Shown: positions 25,766 through 31,878 of the stretch, one piece after another
Position numbering within the stretch: position 1 is the stretch's first letter
Layout: every line of letters begins with the position of its first letter
DNA from: a virus
Taxonomy: Duplodnaviria; Caudoviricetes
IMG/VR virus record: IMGVR_UViG_3300030330_000419
Span: 1 to 31,878 of that record
DNA: 31,878 nt
Reading direction: 5' to 3' (one strand)
Notes under the pieces: model-generated
The model's database searches: none
Seen by the model: only the letters and a program-made list of their open reading frames with translations
Told to the model about the DNA's origin: nothing
Program-made: the position numbers and the translations under genes

Positions 25766-26410
25766 CTAATAAATACTCATTGAGTTTGTATTTAACTTTA
25801 ATTCTTCTTCTTTTAATGGGTCTGTTCCACCAGCCATACCGCCTGCTCCGACACCAAATCCTCCTTGTTGTGGCATTGGAGTAGTTCCAGAACCACCAGT
25901 TGGATTTAATGATTGTATTCTTCTAGCTTGAGAAAAAACTCCAGTCAAGTAGTTTTGTAACAAACCAGTTAAACCAGCTCTTTCTTGACCAGCTTGCTGT
26001 TCTATGCCAAACATACCTTGAGCTCTTCTTTGCATTATATCAGCTAGACTTTGATTAGCTCTTTCTCTGCTTTGCTCTATTTGTCTTTGAGTTGCACCTG
26101 AACCAGCAAATCCAGCTCTACCAGCTGCCTGACCTATTTGTCTTGTTGCTTGTCCTAAGCTTTGACCAAGCCCTTGAAATCCAGATTGAAACTGAGATTG
26201 TAAAAATCCTTCTCTTGTTGCTTGTCTGTTTTGAATTTCTGTTGCAGCATCTAAAAGTCTTTGTTGATTAAAGGGTTGAAAAAACTGTCCAAACTGTTGA
26301 GCTTGAGTTCCAGTAAATCCTAAAGATGCAGCTATCTGAGCTGGGTCTTGTTGAAATAATGCAGCTTGATCTTGTAAGCCAGCTTGTTCTAATAATTCTT
26401 GAAATGTCAT
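25766..26410 (-). CDS. Putative internal virion protein, Gln/Gly/Ala-rich
   Basis: AAGRAGFAGSG motif within Q-rich helices; position. Confidence 0.55.
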   Translation of the reverse strand: MTFQELLEQAGLQDQAALFQQDPAQIAASLGFTGTQAQQFGQFFQPFNQQRLLDAATEIQNRQATREGFLQSQFQSGFQGLGQSLGQATRQIGQAAGRAGFAGSGATQRQIEQSRERANQSLADIMQRRAQGMFGIEQQAGQERAGLTGLLQNYLTGVFSQARRIQSLNPTGGSGTTPMPQQGGFGVGAGGMAGGTDPLKEEELKLNTNSMSIY

Positions 26411-26427
26411 AATTTTACCTTTTTCCT

Positions 26428-27222
26428 TTAACCAAACGGATTGTATCCAGCACCACTACCCATTAAAAAACTACCTCTTCTAGCATTACTTACTGCTGAC
26501 ATAGGGTTATTTTCTTGAAACTCTAAAAGCCTCATACCAGTTTCATAGGCACTTGGTGTTGCAACTGGAATGTTTATTCTATCTTTTATTGGCTCAAGTA
26601 AATCCATTGCCTTGGGTGGATCTAAAAGGCTAGCAGTATCATTTAGCTGAGTTACCTTAGGCTCTCTTTTAAATAAATCTCCAATACTAAACTTTTTACT
26701 AGGATCAAAGTTAGCTAAAAAATTACCTGCTCTGTAACCAGTGATAGCATCTCCAATAGCACTAACTGCTTGTCTTTGTTTAAAATTTTGTTCTGCTTCA
26801 TTTAAAAATCTATTTATATCTCTTTCAGCTCCAGATATATTTTCTCTTGCACCTCTAAAAAACATACCTCCACCTAGTCCAGATCTAACATCATCTAAAG
26901 ATAAATCACCAGCTGCTTTTTGACCAAGAAAACTACCAAGCCCAGAAGCTGCACCCAGAACCAATGGCATTGCAGTTCCACCACTAGCAAGAAGAGCAAG
27001 AGCTGCACCTCCAAGAGCACCTATAGTTCTAGCACCACCTCTTCTTCTTTCTTGTCTGGCAGCTTGTCTTTCTCTTTCTTTTCTTTGTTCTTGTAACTTT
27101 CTTCTAGCATCAGCTAAAGATGCTCTTTCTTCGGCAGCTACACCAGTTAAATTAGTAAAAGATTCAGATTGACCAACAGCTTGTCCAGCTCTTATACCAG
27201 CTAATATTTCTGCTAAAGTCAT
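26428..27222 (-). CDS. Putative ejection/pilot protein with glycine-zipper hairpin
   Basis: IGALGGAALALLASGGTAMPLVLGAASGLGSFLG flanked by coiled coils; SD AAGGAG. Confidence 0.6.
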   Translation of the reverse strand: MTLAEILAGIRAGQAVGQSESFTNLTGVAAEERASLADARRKLQEQRKERERQAARQERRRGGARTIGALGGAALALLASGGTAMPLVLGAASGLGSFLGQKAAGDLSLDDVRSGLGGGMFFRGARENISGAERDINRFLNEAEQNFKQRQAVSAIGDAITGYRAGNFLANFDPSKKFSIGDLFKREPKVTQLNDTASLLDPPKAMDLLEPIKDRINIPVATPSAYETGMRLLEFQENNPMSAVSNARRGSFLMGSGAGYNPFG

Positions 27223-27223
27223 T

Positions 27224-27415
27224 TTAACTCCTTATAAATTCTAAATAGTGCCAAGCACCAAGTTCTTTTCTATAAAGTCTAAGTTTACCATCAGGTGTCT
27301 TGACTATTCTTTCTTCGCCATCATTGCCAGAATTACTAGCTGGATAGCCTTTTTGTAGTTTTGTTTTAACTCCTTTAGAGTTATATAAAAATCTTTTTTC
27401 TCTATCAATAGCCAT
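27224..27415 (-). CDS. Small tail-associated hypothetical protein
   Basis: 63 aa, TAATG-coupled to the nozzle-like gene. Confidence 0.65.
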   Translation of the reverse strand: MAIDREKRFLYNSKGVKTKLQKGYPASNSGNDGEERIVKTPDGKLRLYRKELGAWHYLEFIRS

Positions 27416-29793
27416 TATGTTATCCTTTTATATAATGGTCTATACTCTACACCAACACTATGTATTTTGTGATCACAGTTTCCATCTAAATCAAGCTGAA
27501 CTTGAAAAGATGAAGCAAGAACTGGGCTACCTATATTAAATTTATCAACAGTAACTGCATCATTTGTATCACTCAAATTTCCTAGGTTAGCAGATGATAC
27601 TTTAGCACCAGAATCATTTATATACTCAAACTTAACACCATTAGTATTTGCTTCTGTTGTAGAGTATTCTACTGTAACACCATATACTTTTTTAACAGTA
27701 TTTGGTAATCCAAAGTCATCATCTTTTAATTTAATATCAAAAGTTTGATGATCACTTGGTTCTCCATCATAAGATTCTATTTGAGTAGTTCCTTTTCCAA
27801 TAGAAAGATTATTATGTAAATCTGTTATTGGATTTGTTTTTACACTATCTGATATTAAGCTAGTTACTTTTGTAAAAGAGTTTGTGATAAAACTATAAAT
27901 ATAAGCATCTCCATTATCAGAACCACTATCACTAGCACTTTTAATAACTACTAAATGTTTATGCGTAGGCTCATATGCTAACATTGTATCGCTAGTTATA
28001 AACGATGTCCAGTCTGATTCAATTATTTTAGTTTGTAGATTAGTTATTCTAGAACCATCATAGATATACAATCCATTTTTATTTACCCAGCAAACACCTA
28101 TTTCTGTTTTAACAACTGCAGAATGAAAGCTTACACCCATGTTATTTTGTGTTGACTCTAAGAACCATTGAGTATCAGAACCACCACCAATGTTTATAAC
28201 ATATAAAGTTCTTTCCTTGTACGCTAACAATCTATCAGCAAAAGCTTCTAGCTTTATAAACTCTTCTCCATCATTTACACCTATATCTAAAAAATTAAAC
28301 TCTGGAAAAGTATCAAATTTATTTATCTCACTATATCTAATAGTATCGCCTTTATTTTTCATAATGCCTTCTTCATTTGTATATCTGACATTAGCTATAA
28401 AAGCTCTTCTATTTGTAACAACGCTAGTTTGATATTTTTCTCCAGCTAAACCAACGCTTATAAAAGATGCATCTTGATTGTATCCATTTAAAGACTCATA
28501 TGTATCTACATTAAGACCATTGCTAACAAAAGAAGAAAATGCAAAAGGAGCAACTGATCCAAACTCAAGATCCCAGTGTGTAAATTGACCATCTAAAGTA
28601 GGTTTTGTTCCATTAATAAGACTAACTTCTCCAAAAAAAATAAAAGCTTCATCTGAATCTTTTTTTCTAATGTATATTCTACCACCTTTTATGTTTGCAG
28701 GAAAAACTGTTCCACTACTATTATTTGTAACCATTACTGTGCAAGTAATACTATCGTTATCAGCTAGTGTTAGCTCACCACCAAGAACATATGGCAAAGA
28801 CTCTTGATCTCCATCGTACAAAAAAGTGCTTGCAAATTCATAATTACCAGCCTTGAAAGCAGCAACTGTATTACTAGGAGCTGAGGAATTAGTTGTTATC
28901 TTAAAATCTAAATTAAAACCAGTAGCATCAGGTGGATATATTCTATAATTTTCTCCATCATCGCCAAAACTAGCCCCACTTGCAGCAACAACCAATCTTT
29001 CATCAGTTGATCTGCTTGCAATAGCATCTGTACCTCCACTTCCTGCAGCTGCATCTGTTTGATTTACAGCTAAATATACTCCACTAGCTAACTCTGTAGA
29101 TACTGAAGATGGAAAAGAGTCAGTTATAGAAGATATTAATAAAGTATCGCTTCCACTAGCAGCAGTAGTGCCTCTCATTCCTATACTACAAACGCCTCTA
29201 GTAGGTTTACTTAACTTTGTATCTAAGTCTTGAAAGCCAGTTGCTCCATTATAGTTACCAGGAGTTTGAGTTGTTCCAGACTCATTTCTAAACCTATCTG
29301 TAGTTTGAAAATATCCATACTTTTTAATACTTGTAGATGTATTAGCAACATTTGTATCACATACCCTAACTATACCATCTGCAATGTGGTATATAACTTT
29401 TCCTTGATTAGTGCTAGTAGGTGCTCCTAAATCAATAGTTTCATCTGTAAAAGCATCTCCTTGACCATCTGATCTTTCTACAGTAACTTTTGATCCAGTA
29501 TGAGCATTTGCATAAAATGTAGATATTACAGATGTATTTGAATTGCTTTTATTATAATCAAACCTAGTTTGAAATAATCCATAACCAGCCTGAATAGCAT
29601 TTACATCAGGAGCTTGATAGTCTTTACCACCACCAGTATTTACAGCAAACTTTCCACAAGACTTAACTACACCAAACTCGTCTACAATAACATTGTCAGC
29701 TTGTGCTAACTCATTATCTTGTATAGACCTAGAGTTTGTTTTTGTATTAAGACCACCATCAAATCTAGTATATGTTTTAAATTGTTTAGGCAT
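27415..29793 (-). CDS. Tail nozzle / DNA-stabilisation-like protein
   Basis: 792 aa, N-terminal FDGGLN motif, beta-propeller-like C-terminal half; precedes ejection-type genes. Confidence 0.65.
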   Translation of the reverse strand: MPKQFKTYTRFDGGLNTKTNSRSIQDNELAQADNVIVDEFGVVKSCGKFAVNTGGGKDYQAPDVNAIQAGYGLFQTRFDYNKSNSNTSVISTFYANAHTGSKVTVERSDGQGDAFTDETIDLGAPTSTNQGKVIYHIADGIVRVCDTNVANTSTSIKKYGYFQTTDRFRNESGTTQTPGNYNGATGFQDLDTKLSKPTRGVCSIGMRGTTAASGSDTLLISSITDSFPSSVSTELASGVYLAVNQTDAAAGSGGTDAIASRSTDERLVVAASGASFGDDGENYRIYPPDATGFNLDFKITTNSSAPSNTVAAFKAGNYEFASTFLYDGDQESLPYVLGGELTLADNDSITCTVMVTNNSSGTVFPANIKGGRIYIRKKDSDEAFIFFGEVSLINGTKPTLDGQFTHWDLEFGSVAPFAFSSFVSNGLNVDTYESLNGYNQDASFISVGLAGEKYQTSVVTNRRAFIANVRYTNEEGIMKNKGDTIRYSEINKFDTFPEFNFLDIGVNDGEEFIKLEAFADRLLAYKERTLYVINIGGGSDTQWFLESTQNNMGVSFHSAVVKTEIGVCWVNKNGLYIYDGSRITNLQTKIIESDWTSFITSDTMLAYEPTHKHLVVIKSASDSGSDNGDAYIYSFITNSFTKVTSLISDSVKTNPITDLHNNLSIGKGTTQIESYDGEPSDHQTFDIKLKDDDFGLPNTVKKVYGVTVEYSTTEANTNGVKFEYINDSGAKVSSANLGNLSDTNDAVTVDKFNIGSPVLASSFQVQLDLDGNCDHKIHSVGVEYRPLYKRIT

Positions 29794-30185
29794 TATTCCT
29801 TAATCTCAAAGTGAACTAAATCGTCAAAGTTATTATCTTTGGTTTGGGTGTCCATATCCCAGTCTCCACCCCATCTTATCTTGATTCCCATTTGGGAAGC
29901 AATTCCCAAAACATAACCAGCAAAGTAGTGAAACCTATCACGATCCCTCCAATTAATAGGATAGGGAGCGACATCAACAGCAACACTAGGGCTTTTATTA
30001 TGCTTACCATTAGGGAATTTAACTTTGCTATTTCCTTTATTATATGCTTCATCTTGTTTTTTCTGACCTCTATGTCCCTCTATAATCGTACAATCAAAAT
30101 GTTTTACAACTTCTTTAAAAAGTTCTACTAGTCTTTCATCACAAGTATTTAACCTTGATTTACTTCTTGTACTAAATCTAGGCAT
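29793..30185 (-). CDS. Endolysin, peptidase M15 (L-Ala-D-Glu peptidase-like)
   Basis: IIEGHR, KHN...AVD, IRWGGDW, DLVHFE. Confidence 0.92.
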   Translation of the reverse strand: MPRFSTRSKSRLNTCDERLVELFKEVVKHFDCTIIEGHRGQKKQDEAYNKGNSKVKFPNGKHNKSPSVAVDVAPYPINWRDRDRFHYFAGYVLGIASQMGIKIRWGGDWDMDTQTKDNNFDDLVHFEIKE

Positions 30186-30361
30186 TACTTGCTTAAGACT
30201 TTTCCCATTACATCTTCAAATACATTGTAGATAGCAGCTATGACTTTCTCTTCTGTATCTTCATTGATAATAGGTATGTTAACATTCTTGTTTAGTTCGT
30301 CAATAATTTTTGCTTTGTTATCATCGTTAAACAAATATTCCATAATCATTTTTTGAATCAT
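30185..30361 (-). CDS. Small hypothetical protein (58 aa)
   Basis: SD AGGAG; MIQKMIMEYLFNDDNKAKIIDELNKNVNIPIINEDTEEKV...; TAATG coupling on both sides. Confidence 0.75.
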   Translation of the reverse strand: MIQKMIMEYLFNDDNKAKIIDELNKNVNIPIINEDTEEKVIAAIYNVFEDVMGKVLSK

Positions 30362-30510
30362 TATTTTCTCCTGATCTCATTATTTATTTTAATTACTAAA
30401 TACACTAATGTAGCAAGTGAAACAGCCATCTGCAAAGTCATTGGCAAGTTTATCCACCAGACTCCAACTCCAACAATACCATTTGCGACTGTTTTAGTTG
30501 TATCAATCAT
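30361..30510 (-). CDS. Holin-like small membrane protein (49 aa)
   Basis: MIDTTKTVANGIVGVGVWWINLPMTLQMAVSLATLVYLVIKINNEIRRK; hydrophobic with a basic tail; near endolysin. Confidence 0.6.
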   Translation of the reverse strand: MIDTTKTVANGIVGVGVWWINLPMTLQMAVSLATLVYLVIKINNEIRRK

Positions 30511-30812
30511 TATGATTTACCATTCATCCTTCCCTTGATATATGATAGGTCATCTGTTACATCATTTAGTTCAGATACAATGGCTTCTCTATGTCTTTGA
30601 CTTGTATCATCTGACTTGTTCCACCTATCTAACATTTTTAAAACAATGCTCTCCACATTACTCATTTTAGTTTCTAGTTTTGCATTAGCTTGTCTTATTT
30701 GATCTAAATCTTCATTTTGAAGTTTTTGACTAGACATTAAATTTAAAACCATATAACCAAATAATATTGTTACTACCCCTATAGCTCCATATTCTGCGTA
30801 TGTTTCGAACAT
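30510..30812 (-). CDS. Single-TM plus coiled-coil protein (lysis-associated candidate)
   Basis: YGAIGVVTILFGYMVL followed by heptads. Confidence 0.6.
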   Translation of the reverse strand: MFETYAEYGAIGVVTILFGYMVLNLMSSQKLQNEDLDQIRQANAKLETKMSNVESIVLKMLDRWNKSDDTSQRHREAIVSELNDVTDDLSYIKGRMNGKS

Positions 30813-30818
30813 TTTTTT

Positions 30819-31052
30819 TTATCCCGTATAAGTTTTTTCTTCAGAATCCTTTTCTAAAGATGTTTTTAGTGCATCAACAAAGGCTTTCTTTCCAAAGTTA
30901 AGTTGTTGAAGATTAAAAGTAGATGAATTAATTTTTCTCTCTAAATCAGCAACATGATCTACCATGACCTTTTGCTCTTCAGTTAAATCATCTATTAAAT
31001 ATTCTTTCTCGTCTATTTTTAAAACAGCTTCTTTTTTTTGTTCTTTTGCCAT
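30819..31052 (-). CDS. Small coiled-coil hypothetical protein
   Basis: SD AGGAG; IDEKEYLIDDLTEEQK. Confidence 0.75.
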   Translation of the reverse strand: MAKEQKKEAVLKIDEKEYLIDDLTEEQKVMVDHVADLERKINSSTFNLQQLNFGKKAFVDALKTSLEKDSEEKTYTG

Positions 31053-31060
31053 TTTATCTC

Positions 31061-31294
31061 CTATTTTTGTATTATGCTAGAATCTCCTAGCGTTATTCTC
31101 ATATTCATCATTAGCGAATCTAATTCAAACATAGATCTTACTAATTCTTCGTTTAGGTCTTCTTTGCTTTTACCAAAATAAAATTCATTAGCACAGCTAA
31201 CAAAAATAATCATCAGTAAACAAGCAGATAAGAATCCATAAAAAAATTTGTTAAACCTTTCATTCATTCTTACAACTGCAACAACAACATTCAC
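31061..31294 (-). CDS. Putative lipoprotein/membrane protein (likely start ATG 31267)
   Basis: MNERFNKFFYGFLSACLLMIIFVS-C; hydrophobic stretch with lipobox-like end. Confidence 0.5.
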   Translation of the reverse strand: MNVVVAVVRMNERFNKFFYGFLSACLLMIIFVSCANEFYFGKSKEDLNEELVRSMFELDSLMMNMRITLGDSSIIQK

Positions 31295-31303
31295 AATTAT
31301 TTC

Positions 31304-31771
31304 TTACCAAGGTACACCACTTCCTTTTGTAACTGCAGGTGGATTTTTTTGTGCATCTATTTGAGCTGCGATATTGTCTTCTTTGGTTTTTACACCATCT
31401 TCGCCTAATTCAGCTTTTACCCATCCAATAACTACATCTTCTGTTAATTTATCATACTCAACAAAATCTACGCTAGCCCAAGGGTCTTTAGCTTCTGCTG
31501 CTTCTACAGCTGGTGTTTTAATATCCCCTACTTTTACCGCTTTATCAGCAAGTAAGGTATCTTTATCTGTGTACAAGACTGCATCTTTTGCTTCTACGGA
31601 TTCCACTGTCTCAACATCAAAACTTATATTCATATTATCACTTGCAGAATACTCTTTATCTCCAACTGTTTTAGTGTCTAAAACACTATAATCTACTTTG
31701 TAAACAACTTTATCTTTACTGTCTTTAGACAGGTAGTAATTTAAGTTATTTATTTTCCATTTTGCCGCCAT
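31304..31771 (-). CDS. Tail-fibre-associated protein
   Basis: SD AGGAG; FVEYDKLTEDVVIGWVK...GVPW; directly after tail-fibre chaperone domain. Confidence 0.6.
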   Translation of the reverse strand: MAAKWKINNLNYYLSKDSKDKVVYKVDYSVLDTKTVGDKEYSASDNMNISFDVETVESVEAKDAVLYTDKDTLLADKAVKVGDIKTPAVEAAEAKDPWASVDFVEYDKLTEDVVIGWVKAELGEDGVKTKEDNIAAQIDAQKNPPAVTKGSGVPW

Positions 31772-31772
31772 T

Positions 31773-31877
31773 TTAATCTCCTAATTTATTTTCTAATTCT
31801 GTTACTTTTGCTGATAGCTCTTGAACTGCTTTTAACATCATAAACATTATATCTTTGTTATAAACTCTTTTTAACTC
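31773..31877 (-). CDS. C-terminus of tail fibre/spike with peptidase S74-like intramolecular chaperone (partial)
   Basis: ELKRVYNKDIMFMMLKAVQELSAKVTELENKLGD*. Confidence 0.7.
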   Translation of the reverse strand, partial: ELKRVYNKDIMFMMLKAVQELSAKVTELENKLGD

Positions 31878-31878
31878 T

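Noticed and set aside
1947-31691. Opposite-strand or nested ORFs in the track (e.g. 1947-2204, 5199-5474, 14515-14877, 14720-15160, 21383-21640, 29844-30131, 31374-31691)
   Set aside because: Shadows of well-supported genes, with no recognisable motifs or initiation signals
1-31878. Prophage, integrase, transposon, intron/intein or diversity-generating retroelement
   Set aside because: No recombinase, transposase, reverse transcriptase or host genes seen; TerL and DnaB are normal length

Overview
AT-rich tailed dsDNA phage DNA (podovirus-like, resembling uncultured aquatic phages); no host genes, tRNAs or CRISPR arrays were seen. Layout: (1) 1-6075, minus strand: packaging block with a portal (truncated by the window edge and missed by the ORF track), TerL, a gamma-glutamylcyclotransferase-like gene, TerS, a DnaQ/RNase H-like exonuclease and a DUF1599-like gene. 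(2) 6080-7620: control/terminus-like region with divergent promoters, a TA tract, a lipoprotein gene, a C8 island, a palindrome and direct repeats. (3) 7135-12074, plus strand: putative early region with small ORFs, a class II glutamine amidotransferase and an amidoligase, in strikingly TAGA/CTAG-rich DNA. (4) 12224-18336, plus strand: recombination/replication genes (Cas4-like nuclease, Sak-like annealase, SSB, Hjc-like resolvase, DnaB, HExxH protein). (5) 18455-31878, minus strand: late genes (tail-fibre end, lysis genes, M15 endolysin, nozzle-like protein, ejection-type proteins) ending in six tiny, very basic proteins. Highlights: six TTGA(C/T)A-N17-TATATT promoters including two back-to-back pairs bracketing the early region; apparent non-canonical ATT/ATC/ATA starts; the TAGA-rich early region; the dispersed amidoligase/GATase/GGCT set; and the basic-protein array. 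All family assignments are from motif recognition by eye, not database searches.
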